Counted from the whole stretch's first letter, positions 25,395 to 38,746 are shown. The stretch is DNA of 57,461 nucleotides, filler included, from Nemertoderma westbladi (GCA_032718475.1; 3 parts of 3 records of this genome joined end to end with filler, not necessarily neighbours in it), one strand, 5' to 3'. A program made the numbers and translations. The notes: a model not told the origin generated them from the sequence alone.

Positions 25395-28300
25395 CATTTT
25401 GGTTGGAGCGCATAGCGATTATTGCCCGAGGAATGTTCGCAGTGTGGGAAATATTACTCAACTCATGCGATCTAATCGATGAATCGACAGTCACGTGTTT
25501 TCTGTAGAAGTACACGAGGAGTACATGCCGATTGTCTCTCCCCAAGCTTATGGGACGGGATAAAGTCGGTGATGGAATTTCAAGGAATCACGTGGCTATG
25601 TCGATATAACGAATCTCACGCAATTGTTGGCAAGGAGGAGGTCCAAGAAATCAAACGCGTAGAGGACACTCTGAAGGAACCTCAAAATAGTTCCAACTCA
25701 TCACCCACAGGTGATGAATCAAACATTGATAATAGTGTTATTTTTGAGGCACAACCTAATCCTGCCACACCAAAATCGGTGCAAGCAAAACAGAAAAAGG
25801 GGACTAGGTTATCAAACCAATTCACTGTGCAGTCATAGTGGTCAGAGGACGAAGAAGAGAGATTGAATGACGCTGGGACCATTCAAGGTGGCCAGCCAAG
25901 GAGGAAAATTAAACCAATCTGTCGATATTACAGGCAGGGGAAATGTCAACATGGGCGAAAAGGTGATGGATGTGAATACCACCATCCTCCTGCATGCCAT
26001 AAATTTACAAGCAACTACAAACACCACAGAAAAGGTTCTATTAAAGGAAACGCCTGCAAATATTTCCACCCACAGATTTGCAGAAACTCGATTCGGTCGT
26101 GGTCGTGCTATAACCCCAATTGTTCCTTCGTACATTTACAAGGTACGAAGCGTTCTTGGCATGAAGAAAACCCAGAGGAAAGAGGATACCCTCAATCTTC
26201 TCCGATAGTTAGAGAAGAACAGCATTACACTCAATCTACTCCAGTGGATGGAGAAGAACTGCGTTATAATCAAACTACGGATCGAGATGTTGAAGAATCT
26301 CCTCGTTACAATTCTCGAATTTTTTTAGACGAAATCCAACAGATGCAACAATCGTGCATGCATCTGTTTCAGAAACAAATGGAGCAAATGCAGAATCAAT
26401 TCCTTACCCAAATATGGTCGATGATGCCGGTAATAACACACAATCAGGCTCATCATCAAGCCCAAGCGCCAATGACAACACTGCAGTACACTCAACCGCA
26501 GTACCAATACGTTCAAGCTCAGTAAATTCACGAACGATAAAAATCCTTGCAATGTTCCAAAGGAATCTACTAATAATAATATTAATGAACATTTTTTATT
26601 GCTAAACATTCAAGGTCTAATTTTTGTGACAACAGATAGCAAAGTAAACCATGTTAAAAAATTATTGACAAGCAATCCTATGTTTATAAGTTTAACAGAA
26701 ACTCATATGCGGGACAATATTTATAGTAAAAGTGAGTTAAATATACCTAATTACAATTTAGAATTTTGTAGTGGTGATAAACGAGCCAAAGGTGGTGGAG
26801 GTTTATATGTGCGGGATAATGTGCCTTTTACGATTACATTAAATCATTCCAATACGTATTGTGAATGTCTAGGTATATATTTAATGAGTTGGATACAATT
26901 GTTTTTTTCAATCTATCGGCCATCAGATTGTCCGACCGATTTATTTAATGATATTTTAAACAAAATTAACAATTTGTTAGATAAAGATGAATATTCCTGC
27001 AGTGGGATTTTTATAACTGGAGATTTTAATTTTCCGGGTGCAGACTGGTCAGATGAATCAATCGTGAACCATTGTGCAAGTCCTTCAAATCAAGCTCGGA
27101 TTATGAAAAACTTTGCTGCTAAGAATTTCTTATCACAAATTGTTGATAAACCAACAAGAGATAATAATAAACTCGATTTAATTTTTACTAATGATATGGA
27201 TATCATTGATCGTATAAATGTATGCAAATGTAATTTTTCGGATCACAATATAGTGTACGCTTTTTTAACAACTTTTTAGACAAATTTGAGCAAAGGTTTC
27301 AAAGACAAAGAAATGTCTGAAGAAAGGAATTTCTTCAGGAAACATAACTTTAATCATTCTTCCACAGACTGGAATTCAATCAGGTTAGAGTTCAGGCTGG
27401 GCAGCCACGAATGGGAAAAGAAACTCGAAAATATACCCGTAGACAAAAAGATGAAATCGTTGTTAGACTATTTGGAGAAATCCTGTGAGGGCAATGTACC
27501 CGTGAGAAAAGTAAAAAGATCAAATATACCTAGAGAACGAAAAGCTTTGTTAAAGAAACGACTAAAGACACTGAAACAAATATTAAACGCAAGATCAAAG
27601 GTGAAGATTGAAAAACTTAAAGTATCTCTTCAGGAAATTGATTTTCAGCTATATAACTCTCGATCTATCTGAAGAAAGAGAAGCAGTGAGCAATATTAAA
27701 GTTAACTCGAAATTCTTATATTCTGATGACAAGAGCAAGAAAAAGAACAAAGATTCGATTGGTCCTTTTCTGGTAAACAATAAAATCGCCAATCGCCTCG
27801 CTGATTGTATACAATGAAAGCTTCTTCAATGACGATATGGAGAAGTCAACAAACATACTCCAACAATCTCATCTAATATATAATAATCGTATAATAATAT
27901 ATATGTATATAATAATAATATATAATATATAATATATATAATAAATATAGAATAATCTCATCTATTTTCAAGAAGGGTAGCAAACTCGAGTGAGCAAACT
28001 ACCACCCAGTAACGCTAATATCTCACTTCTCCAAAATAGTGGAACGCATTGTCAAAGACCACATAGTCGAATACCTTGAAAACAAAGATCTATTTAATCC
28101 AGGTCAACATGGTTTTCGCAAAGGTCGTTCGTGTCTGTCTCAACTCCTTGAACACTATGCTAATATTCTGGAACAACTAACCGAATATGATGGAGTTGAT
28201 GTCGTTTACTTGGATTATGCAAAAGCATTTGACAAAGTTGACCACGGCATTCTTATTCACAAACTTAAAGCTCTCTGTATTCCTGTCAGGTCAGGTATTC

Positions 28301-31300
28301 TAGATCATTGATCAAGAAAACTTGCCACCTCCATGCAGCATAAAGGAGGTGCTACCTGTAGCTGCATAGACCCTCTTACTAGGGCAAATCTGGTCCTGTA
28401 ACTAGGACCCCCTTCGTTCTGGGATAAGGACGCCCTTGGTACTGGATTAAGGACTCGTATACTTGGCTGCAGGGGTATATGGCCTGGCCAGGCAGATGGT
28501 GATCTACCAATGGCTGGTCAGGAGTTGAGTGTTCTCATGTCCACTCTGAGTGCACTTCACTGCAACCTGCACCTGGCAGCAGGGGTACAGGGCATGATCC
28601 AGCAGATGAGCTGCATAGCCAATAGTGGGTCATGTGCGCCAGAGTAGATATGGGTGATGGGCCTCATATCTGACTCCACTGCGACACCCACCCTGTGGAA
28701 TGGCAAACCAAGGTGTGGTATTTGCCCCGAGAGCTGACTCGGCAAAAAAGCACCCCCAACCCCCACTATGGATTACATTAGTAATGCGGAGGTCCAGGCA
28801 CTAGAGGCCAGTGGAATGACTGGACACAATCGGCCTCACAGGCATCAGTTATCTCCTGACCGGCTGCCTGTCACCCCCCCTACTGGAGAGAGAGCGGCAA
28901 ACAATTCTTTGAGTCCCTTTCCTGCTGACTTTTCTGGCCCAAACCCTGGGTCACCAGGGAGGCCAGATTGTGAGGGGGAGAGGGATTCTGGAGTTGGAGG
29001 CTAATCTCATGTTCCACCCCGACCAACAAAGCCATTGGTGAATCTGAGGCAAGTCACTAGACCAGCCTCAGTAAACACCCTAACACTCGGGTCCCCAATG
29101 CGACAAGGTGAGCTGACTGCCTTGGCAGATAAGCTTTCTCTTAGTGCAGTGGGTGTTCAAGAGCACCGAATGCAGACTGGACAGACTGATGAGGTTCTGA
29201 TTAAGGACATGGGGGGCGGTTGGCGACTCGCCCTCGCTTCAGCAGATGATAGTGGCAATGGTGGAATTGGTCTATTGATGAATCCAACTGCACATGCAGC
29301 ATTGGACAAAATAGACCAAATCTCTAACCGCATCATCCGTTGACACTTTTCATGTTCTGGAAGACTGGCTAAGAAGTTTCCTAAGGTGGTTCTGATTGTG
29401 TGCTACTCTCCAACTAGTGTTGCCCCTGTAGAGGAGGTGGAAAATTTCTACCAGAATCTACAAGCAGCTACTGATGGAGTGGATCAGCATGCATTCTTAA
29501 CATTCCTGGGAGACTTTAATGCAAGTCTGCATCAATCACCTACATCGCCCTGGGTCTATAGCAATATTGTTAACCGAAATTCCGTCCATCTTCAGGATTA
29601 TATCTCTGGAAATGGATTGTTTTCGGCTGGAACCCAGTTCAAGAAGCGAACTGGAAAGCTATGGACTCATAGTGGACCCAGTGGTCACAAGTCCCAGATA
29701 GACCATATCCTGTTTCGTAGGAAATACAGGAGCTCTATACAAGACTGTAATGCATTTACACACGACCCTTCTCCAGTGATCACCGCCTTATTGTGGCCAA
29801 GGTAAGACTTAGTCTGCGTGCTAGCAGAACTACGAAATATGCCTTGCCACGGCATGACTGGTCCTCTCTGTGAGTGTGAGATCCAGCTTCACACTACAGC
29901 TGAGCAATAGGTATGAGGTTCTTGCCTCTGAGGGTGCAGATCACTGTGAGGGCTATACTGCCTTCACAGAGGCAGTTAAGTTAGCAGCTGCAGAAACAGT
30001 TCCTGTATACCCTCGAAACATGAAACGGGCCCCCTGGACTGACAACAAAATTCAGAAGTGCCGAAATGACCTCTACAAGGCGCAGAAAGAGTCCCGACTC
30101 AAACAGACTACAGCGGCCAAGAATGCAGTTAAGGCTGTATCTAGGTCCCTGAACAGGCAGTACTCTGTTAATTTACCCGAGCTAATAAACCAACAGGTTG
30201 ATGCCATCAATGATGCTGACGACAGCAGGCAATCATCCCAGGCATGGAGATCGATCAACTTGCTTGCTGGTCGAAAAAGCCAACCAACCACCAAGGTTAA
30301 GGCTGAATCACCAGCCGATCGCCTCAACGGTTGGAAGGCCCACTTTGAAAAGCTCCTCAATAATGACAGGGTATTGCATGATAACTTTATAGAAGTAAAA
30401 GTGTCTGAGTCTGTACTCCCAGATATTCCCATTGGTGATATCTCCTTTGTAGAAGTGAAGGCTGCTGCAAAGAGCATTAAGACCAATCGTGCCAGTGGAG
30501 TAGATGGTGTTCCCCCTGAGGTCTTTAAAATACCTGAGTGTTTAAAGCTCATCTATCCCATCATAGTAGACATGTACCGAACAACAAGAGTCCCACAAGA
30601 AATGAAAACAAATAAGTTGGTGCCAGTTCCCAAGAAGGGCAACCTAACACTCTATGGTTCTTTTCGGGGAATCTCATTGATCTCGATTGATCCAGTACTC
30701 CTCTATGGGAGTCCATGTTGGGCTCTAACTGCTGAGGACACCAAATCTCTGGATGGCACATTCACAAGAATACGTCGGGTTCATTGTGTCAAGTACAATG
30801 CACACATCTCCAACCAGACACTATATAACATTGGAGGTGTCTCATTGGTTCCCCCAAGCTTGACACTAGAACAAAATCGCCTCCACTTTGCAGGACCTTG
30901 CTTTCGCCGTGAGGACCAGCCAGTGCATAATCTTGTACTTTGGCAGCCTCATGGAGTGAATAAGCATGGTGGACAGCCCATGACTTTCTTGAGACGCATC
31001 TTAAAGGACACTGGCCTTGAAGATGCGGATGATCTAGCAAATGTCATGGGTGATAGGGAGTTGTGGCGGTACAATTTTGTCGATAAGCCGGCATAGCATT
31101 CTTAAAAATGCAGCTGCAATGCAGCACGCCGATCCTAGTAGTAAATCTGGCTCAGTTGGTAAATGGATTTGGAATTTTCTACGTGATCGAGAGCAGCAAG
31201 TCGTAGCGAATGGAGCTAGCTCACAATGGAAACCCGTTCTGAGCGGAACTATACAAGGATCGGTTCTGGGGCCATTGTTGTTCCTTGTCATGATCTACGA

Positions 31301-32459
31301 TATCGAAAAAAACACAAAGAATATTATCCGTTCATTTGCCGATGATACCAGAGCGATGGCACCACGGAATCCACAAAACAATCTACAAGATGATCTTAAT
31401 ACGATCTATGATTGGACAACTGAAAACAACATGCTACTTCATGGTGATAAATTTGAACATCTCAGCCATCATTACAAATCGATTCCTGCTCAATCTTCAC
31501 TGGAGTATCACTACAAAAACCTAGACAACGAAAAATATCCAATTACACAAGAAAAAGCGGTAAAAGATCTAGGAATATGGATGAGCGAAAACTGTACCTT
31601 TTCCACACATATCACGAAAACATGTACATCTGCGAGACAATTGTGTGGTTGGATACTAAGGACATTCATCAAACGCGATAAAATCTTGATGATAACTCTC
31701 TTCAATAGCCTTGTACGACCAAAAATGGAATATTGTTGCCAGCTCTGGAACCCTTACCTAGTGCGTGAGATCAATGTGCTAGAGGACATTCAACGGTACT
31801 TCACAAGAAAAATTCGCTTCCTCCGAGACAAGACACACTGGGAGAGGTTAAAAATCCTAGAAATATATTCGCTCCAACGTAGGCGAGAAAGATATATAAT
31901 AATGTATATCTGGAAAATCCTAGAAGGAAAAGTCCCGAACCCATTGGATAAATACAACTATCCACGAATTAAAGTAACAGTCCTTGAACGACGAGGAAAA
32001 CCGTGCCTGATCCCGAGCATTGCATTCCATGGAAGATTAGGATCTTTGTCCGACAGCAGCTTCATGGTTCAAGGACCAAAATTATTCAACGTATTACCAC
32101 GAGAGATTCGGAATCTATCTGATTGCGCTATTGAGACATTCAAGAAGAAACTAGACAATTATCTCGTGTTGGTTGGTTCCCGATCAACCTAGATGTAGCG
32201 GTTATACAGCCCAATCATTGTACCAGTCAAACTCACTGATTGATGTTATCCCCAGCTGGAAGAACGGCGATCATTAAAATTTTTCAAGAAACTATTCCGT
32301 TTTAAATATTTTTAAGATTTAAAGGGGGGATTTGTTTTCTTCTTTTTTTACTATATTATTTTAAGTTATTCATATTTTTTAGGTGAGCTCTCAGAGCAAA
32401 CCATGCACGCTAATTTTAAACTTATTGCTAAAATTTTTAAATAAATAAATAAATAAATA
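25395..32459 (+). mobile_element. Near full-length CR1-group LINE with a nested RTE
   Basis: ORF1 (25479-26525, one stop) has a PHD-like segment and CCCH fingers. APE endonuclease (LNIQGL, LTETH, GDFN, LDLIFTN, SDH) from 26599. RT motifs QHGFRKGRSC, YLDYAKAFDKVDH, then QGSVLGP and FADD. (TAAA)n tail at ~32439-32459. Confidence 0.92.
28280..31143 (+). mobile_element. RTE-clade LINE with both ends but the RT core deleted
   Basis: Interrupts host KLKAL|SGSVGKWIWNF. Long GC-richer 5' UTR, APE motifs (GVQEHR, GDFNA, QIDHIL), and a GISLIS/IDPVLLYGS junction that skips the RT. Ends CCTAGTAGTA. Confidence 0.92.
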
Positions 32460-33575
32460 GCGGATTGAATCCACTAACATAGCGGCCTGCGTGAGATTTT
32501 AAAAATTTTACTAAAAAGACTATACTCCTCCGTTATTTTCCTTTTTTATTTTCTGATACCACATTTTTTGGAACCAATATGTTCATTTTCATCACATTTT
32601 TCGGCAACTTTTTGTATTTTCATTAAAAAAAAAAATGAAAAAAATCCAATTTTTTCTGATTTATCATTAAAAAAGTGTGAAAATATTATGGAAACAAGAA
32701 AACTGGCCGTAATTTATTGAATCTTATGAAATTACCTTTCCTATAAAGCAAAAATTGTAAAAACGGTTAAGAAATGGGGAAGAAGTAGTATTTTTCGTAT
32801 GAAAAAACGTCATTCTGTGATAATTGTCTTCAAAGTTAAAATCTTCCCGCGTCAAATCAACTGATTGCCAAGAAACTGTTGTCACTTTTTCAGTAAATTT
32901 TGTTAAAGAAAATCTAAATAATAGTTTGTTTCATCAATATTTTGGCATAAGTATATTTGAGTTATATAACGCTGTGATTCCTATTGTACCGTATGTAAGG
33001 GGTTTGTGTGTATAAATACAATCATTTATCAATTACCATGGAGCGGAGGATGGCTCCAAATATTTTTCAAATTGATCTCTACTTACCATTGGTTACAAAA
33101 GTATCAAAGAATATTGGTGGTTGCAAGGGTTATCATAAATTATGTTTCATATAAAATATTGTCTTCCATTCTGTGAGGAGAATATCATCGTGAATAGGGA
33201 AGGTTACTTCTGGTAATTCATTTTGATTTCCTTAGGAGAGGCACCCTAAACACGACTGGAACGAAATCATTTAACACCACATTAACACCTGCAGCAACTA
33301 CTTCTTCTATGTGAGTGTCATATACCCCGTTGGGTTGTCTTCCAGAACTGCGATCTGAAGAAACACGAACGATTTAACCTCCTTAGTCAAAACTTGGTCT
33401 ACTATTATTATCAAATGAGAAAGCAGTGGTGATATTATTAATACTAGGGCCCTACTTAAATACACTACAATAGTACCATTATAATAACGATATTAACGTT
33501 GATATTAATATTGTTTTATATATATATATATACAGATATAAATACATACATATACATACATACATACATACATAT

Positions 33576-35058
33576 ACACGAAGTGGGGCCTTCGCGCAGC
33601 ACGTGAAATGAGTTAATGCTAAGTATCAACTCGAAAGGATTATAAAAACATAGGAGAAGATTTTCCCGGAAAACGTTAACCCTCTAGCGGGAGACTGGGT
33701 AACTGAAGAAGGAAGGATTAGTTTCCCTATAAAGCCACAGCCTATGGTCTATTACATATCTGCCAAATTTCAGCATAAATGGATTAAAAGCAAAGAAATG
33801 GGAGGACATTTAACGTTTAGACATGTGGCCCTCTAGCAGGAGACTATTGCTCTGATGGTGTCTGAAAGTCTCTCAAACGTCTCAACTTTTGATCATATTG
33901 ATGCCTACAAATTTTCAACTTGGCAGCTTTAAATTCGACAAAGTTATAAGCATGTCAATATCATAACGACGACAACGATTTCACTTTCAGACATTTGGCC
34001 CTCTAGCGGCAGACTGGAGAACTGCAGATGGATTCGCCTCCTTTGAAAGTCACAGCTAATGGTCTAATACATATCTGCCAAGTTTCAGCTTAAACGGATT
34101 AAAAGCAAAGAAATGGGAGGGCATTTAATGTTTAGACATGTGGCCCTCTAGCGGGAGACCATTGCACTGATGGTGTCTGAAAGTCTCTCAAAAATCTCAA
34201 CTTTAGCTCATATTGATACCTACAAATTTTCAACTTGGCAGCTTTAAATCCGACAAAGTTATTAGCATGTCAAAATCGTAACGACGACAACGATTTCACT
34301 TTCAGACCTTTGGCCCTCTAGCGGCAGACTGGAGAACTGCAGATGGATTCGCCTCCTTTGAAAGTCACAGCTAATGGTCTAATACATATCTGCCAAGTTT
34401 CAGCTTAAACGGATTAAAAGCAAAGAAATGGGAGGGAATTTAATGTTTAGACATGTGGCCCTCTAGCGGGAGACCATTGCGCTGATGGTGTCTGAAAGTC
34501 TCTCAAAAATCTCAACTTTTGCTCATATTGATACCTACAAATTTTCAACTTGGCAGCTTTAAATCCGACAAAGTTATTAGCATGTCAAAATCGTAACGAC
34601 GACAACGATTTCACTTTCAGACCTTTGGCCCTCTAGCGGCAGACTGGATAACTGCAGATGGATTCGCCTCCTTTGAAAGTCACAGCTAATGGTCTAATAC
34701 ATATCTGCCAAGTTTCAGCTTAAACGGATTAAAAGCAAAGAAATGGGAGGGCATTTAATGTTTAGACATGTGGCCCTCTAGCGGGAGACCATTGCACTGA
34801 TGGTGTCTGAAAGTCTCTCAAAAATCTCAACTTTTGCTCATATTGATACCTACAAATTTTCAACTTGGCAGCTTTAAATCCGACAAAGTTATTAGCATGT
34901 CAAAATCGTAACGACGACGACGACGACAACGACGACGACGACGACAACGACGACGACGACGACAACGACGACGACGACAACTATTTGCATAAATTGACCC
35001 ACCCCCTAACAGTGTCAATTCGCTAAGGCTCCGCCAACTTCGTGGCTCGCCCCACATA
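33576..35058 (-). mobile_element. Helentron/DINE-like non-autonomous element with 315-bp internal tandem repeats
   Basis: Subterminal inverted CACGAAGT/ACTTCGTG, (GAC/AAC)n microsatellite at 34910-34980, and unit starts at 33997, 34312 and 34627. Reverse complement of 47651-48952. Confidence 0.75.
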
Positions 35059-35351
35059 CATAGACACATGTATATATAATATAATAATTATAATAATTAG
35101 ATATTCATATTAGTAGTACAATTTAATCAATCAATTCTAATATCAATAAATTTGTCAGTGGCGAACTGAACTTGGGTGCAGATCTTAGATTTAATCTTAT
35201 TTTCGTCAATAATAACTAAATGTATCAGAACTTCAAGTTGCGATTGATATTAAAAACAATAATAAACCTGGTACTATACGAGTACACTGTGCAACCGGTA
35301 AGTTAGGACAAGTAGGCCTATAGGTTATTATGGTAACAAGAGAGAGAAAAT

Positions 35352-35451
35352 NNNNNNNNNNNNNNNNNNNNNNNNNNNNNNNNNNNNNNNNNNNNTTAAT
35401 TAATTAANNNNNNNNNNNNNNNNNNNNNNNNNNNNNNNNNNNNNNNNNNNN
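35352..35451. other. Assembly gap with artificial TTAATTAATTAA linker
   Basis: 100-bp N run with a central linker. Confidence 0.98.
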
Positions 35452-35644
35452 ACACTTTTGTAATTTTGTCAAAAAAAGATTATCTTACAGTATATGGTTT
35501 TTATAGCTATAGGGATAGGGCTATAGGGTATGGAGGGTAATTTTTGTCGCGTAGTTAAAAAGTAGATAGAGAATGTGTCCAAAAAAGCATCAGTTTATCT
35601 TGTCAAGTCAAGAGGTCAGCATCCGATCCGATCACTCCGAATCC

Positions 35645-36640
35645 ACCCGGACAAGTTCGAATTAATGTTATTCAGCACCCATGCGCGACTGACTAACACT
35701 GACGACTTCTCGGTAACCTACCAAGGAAAAGAATTAATGACATCCGAATCGGTAACCTACCTGGGATACTCGTTAGACGCCACGCTATCCGGCACATCAA
35801 ACGCCCAAAGGACAATAAAAAAAGGGAACTCGTGCCTTCGGTTCTTGTACCGCAATCAAGAAGTCCTGGATAAGCCTCTACGCCGCTTGCTGTGCAACTC
35901 CCTAATACAACCCCTAATAGACTACGCAGCTCCATTTTGGTACCTCAGTACCAACAAACGGTACAGACAACAAATTGATGCGCTCCAACGGAAATGCATC
36001 AGATTCTGCTTGTCACTTCCAACTCGTACTCACTTAGACGCAAGTCATTTCACGGCAATGAACTGGCTACCGATCACTCAACGAACACACCAGCTAATCT
36101 TGACTCACGTCTACAACGTCTATAACAAAAAGGCACCCACATACTTACAGAATTTAATAAACTTTGACCATACGACCAACAGACTACGTAACGGCTTTGC
36201 ACACGCTATTGTCCCACACAAAAGAACTGCAGCTGGAACACTATCATTCTCATACCTGGGACCATACCTTTGGAACCAATTACCGAGCGACATAAAAGCA
36301 TCCACTAACACAGAAATATTCAAACACAAAGTAAAAGAACACCTAATGAAACACGTTATATCAAACGAATCGTCAATTTTTTACGCTAACACGTCATAAA
36401 CACTACACTACACACACAACTTCGACAACACCAAACCGACAGGACCCCCATGAAAACGAGACGCAGTCTCTTGGGGCTATCCTGAACAATAAACTAACTC
36501 CCAGTATAATGGACACTAAGAGAAACAACCGCACCTGAAACCTACCGGACCGAACCGCAACTCAGACAAATACAAACGCACTATACACTAATAATACACA
36601 CACCACACACCATACAGTACCTACACAACACTGTCACCGC
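35645..36640 (+). mobile_element. 3' fragment of an L2/Crack-like LINE
   Basis: VTYLGYSLD, LCNSLIQPLIDYA, MNWLP and SFSYLGPYLWNQLPSDIK match the post-RT region of CR1/L2-group ORF2. Confidence 0.85.
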
Positions 36641-37009
36641 GATTTGACTCTAATAGCCAATATATACATTTACTTATATATGCAAATATTATGCTATGCA
36701 CTGTTTGTTTGTTTGTTGTTTTTAGACTTTTTACCCTCAGTGGATTGACCCTATGACAGTTATTCTTTTATTTCAATTACCCGTATATTTTACTGTATAT
36801 TTTATTGTTAATAAATAATTCCAATTCCAATTCCATCCTGCCTGCATCCTTCACAGCAGGCTGGCAGTGTACCGTACCGGTACCATATCGGACCGCCCTG
36901 AACTTCATACCCGTTACTACTGTTGTACCGTACCGGTACCGTACCGGTATTTATTGTGTCAGTTTTTAGCGTTCGATATTGCGAAGTCATCCTTTCAGCC
37001 TTTACTAAT

Positions 37010-38389
37010 ATGTCTGCGAATCTAATACTGGCGTCTAATGTCCTGTTCATCACTTTACTAAGTGGGGTGTACAATGAACTCAACCGAATTGTACCGGAAC
37101 CATACATGGACGAAACATTCCACATCCCACAGGCCTTGCGATATTGTAACGGGTCTCTATACGAATGGGATCCAATGATCACTACATTCCCTGGCCTTTA
37201 CTTCGCCAGTATGGGACTGTTAAGCATTTACTCAAAGTTGGTACAAACCTCTGTAATGGAATCCTGCAACATATTTACTCTGCGAGGAACAAATATCATT
37301 TATGGAGTCGCTACATATTTTGTTATTTATTTGATATTAAAGAAGCTCCATCCTAAAATATCGCAATATACACTTCTGTTATCGACCCTAACTATATCAC
37401 TATTTCCTGTTTTGTTTTTCTTTAATTTTCTCTACTACACAGATTGTGGTTCCACGTTTTTCATCCTGTCAGCGTATCTTTTCTCGCTCTACAACCAACA
37501 ATCCCTCTCCATGTCCTGCTGCATAATGGCGGTTTTATTTAGACAAACGAACGTCGTTTGGGTTGCCTTTGTCGCGGGAACTACTCTCCATGATTTAATC
37601 CCAAACGAGATTCTCTTTCCGTCAAGAGAAACCGATAAGTATTACGTGGGAACAATTCGCGAACAGTTAATCGCGGTAACTAAACTCTGTTGGTTTGATA
37701 TGAAACGAATCGTAGCTCTGTTGTCACCCTATTTGTTTGTTATCGTAACTTTTATATATTTTGTAGTTATTAATAAAGGCGTCGCGGTTGGAGATAAGTC
37801 TCACCACCAGGTTTCCCTAAACTTCCCCCAACTATTCTACTTCCTGTCCTTCACTTCTGTGCTAACTCTACCTTACTCCTTCAGTAAAGAAACTCTTTGC
37901 AGTTGCTATCATTATTGCGTAAACAATTGGCGGTCAACTCTGTTTTTATTCGTTATTTCCTTGTATTTCGTTACGTATTTCACTTACACCCACGAATACC
38001 TTCTAGCCGACAACAGACATTACACCTTCTACGTCTGGTCTAAGATTTACAGACCTTATGGGGGGATTATAAGATATTTATTAGTTCCCGGTTATTTATA
38101 TTGTCTCTACGCCCTGTTATATAATCTACAATCCTACTCAACACTTTGGCGGTTGGGCTTTATATTATCTTTATTTATCTACGTAGTTCCGCAATCATTA
38201 CTTGAGTTCAGGTACTTTATCGTACCATTCCTACTATATCGAATACATATTAATCCTCCTTCCAGCTTCCTCCCTCTTGTCTTTGAATTAATTCTTTACT
38301 CGATTATAAATATCTTTACTTTTTATTTATTCCTGTTTCGCGGTTTCGTTTGGCCCTCTGAAGAATCCGTTCAACGATTTATGTGGTAG
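37010..38389 (+). CDS. ALG10: Dol-P-Glc:Glc2Man9GlcNAc2-PP-Dol alpha-1,2-glucosyltransferase (DIE2/ALG10, KCR1), 459 aa, single coding exon
   Basis: VPEPYMDETFHIPQALRYC, WDPMITTFPGLY, FLYYTD, FRQTNVVW, VGDKSHH, HEYLLADNRHYTFYVW, LLEFRYFIVP and the terminal QRFMW. Confidence 0.97.
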   Translation: MSANLILASNVLFITLLSGVYNELNRIVPEPYMDETFHIPQALRYCNGSLYEWDPMITTFPGLYFASMGLLSIYSKLVQTSVMESCNIFTLRGTNIIYGVATYFVIYLILKKLHPKISQYTLLLSTLTISLFPVLFFFNFLYYTDCGSTFFILSAYLFSLYNQQSLSMSCCIMAVLFRQTNVVWVAFVAGTTLHDLIPNEILFPSRETDKYYVGTIREQLIAVTKLCWFDMKRIVALLSPYLFVIVTFIYFVVINKGVAVGDKSHHQVSLNFPQLFYFLSFTSVLTLPYSFSKETLCSCYHYCVNNWRSTLFLFVISLYFVTYFTYTHEYLLADNRHYTFYVWSKIYRPYGGIIRYLLVPGYLYCLYALLYNLQSYSTLWRLGFILSLFIYVVPQSLLEFRYFIVPFLLYRIHINPPSSFLPLVFELILYSIINIFTFYLFLFRGFVWPSEESVQRFMW

Positions 38390-38626
38390 CGAACTTATTC
38401 TCTATAAATGAAATGCTATTTTTTACATCTAGAGTATTGCAACACAAACAGTAACGGTGTTGAAATGTTTATGTGCTGTTTTTCTGAACAATTATGACAT
38501 TTAATTGCAATCAATATATTATAAATTTAAAAGGATATGGTTGACAAGTTTTGTTTTCTGTAATTACACGGGGTTATTTATTTTTCATTTCATTACGATT
38601 GAGGCCCTGTGATTAATTATTAAGAA

Positions 38627-38715
38627 GGCGGGTAGGTCTGCTAGTTGGTTGAGCGACGTGCTTGCAACCTATTGGTTGTAGGTTCGAGCCCGCCAGGGTC
38701 CACTCAGCCTTTCAT
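38627..38715 (+). mobile_element. tRNA-derived SINE head with the start of a Meta-type core
   Basis: A-box TAGTTGGTTGAGCG and B-box GGTTCGAGCCC, followed by GTCCACTCAGCCTTTCAT. Confidence 0.65.
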
Positions 38716-38746
38716 GTCAAGTTAAATTACTGCGAACAAAACTTGG

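Noticed and set aside
28280-28460. HDV-like or twister ribozyme at the RTE 5' end
   Set aside because: Hairpins are present, but I could not fit a complete P1/P2/P3/P1.1 or twister core by eye.
31041-32192. 383-aa ORF as a novel chimeric gene
   Set aside because: It is the RTE tail read through into the remainder of the interrupted CR1-group RT.
33180-33420. Possible exon in non-repetitive sequence (candidate upstream eag exon)
   Set aside because: The frames I translated showed no recognisable KCNH or other protein motif.
36923-37009. N-terminal extension of ALG10 in the ORF track
   Set aside because: Non-ATG start; ALG10 homology begins after the ATG at 37010.
38627-38715. Functional tRNA gene
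   Set aside because: Stems are poorly paired and the sequence runs into a SINE core motif.
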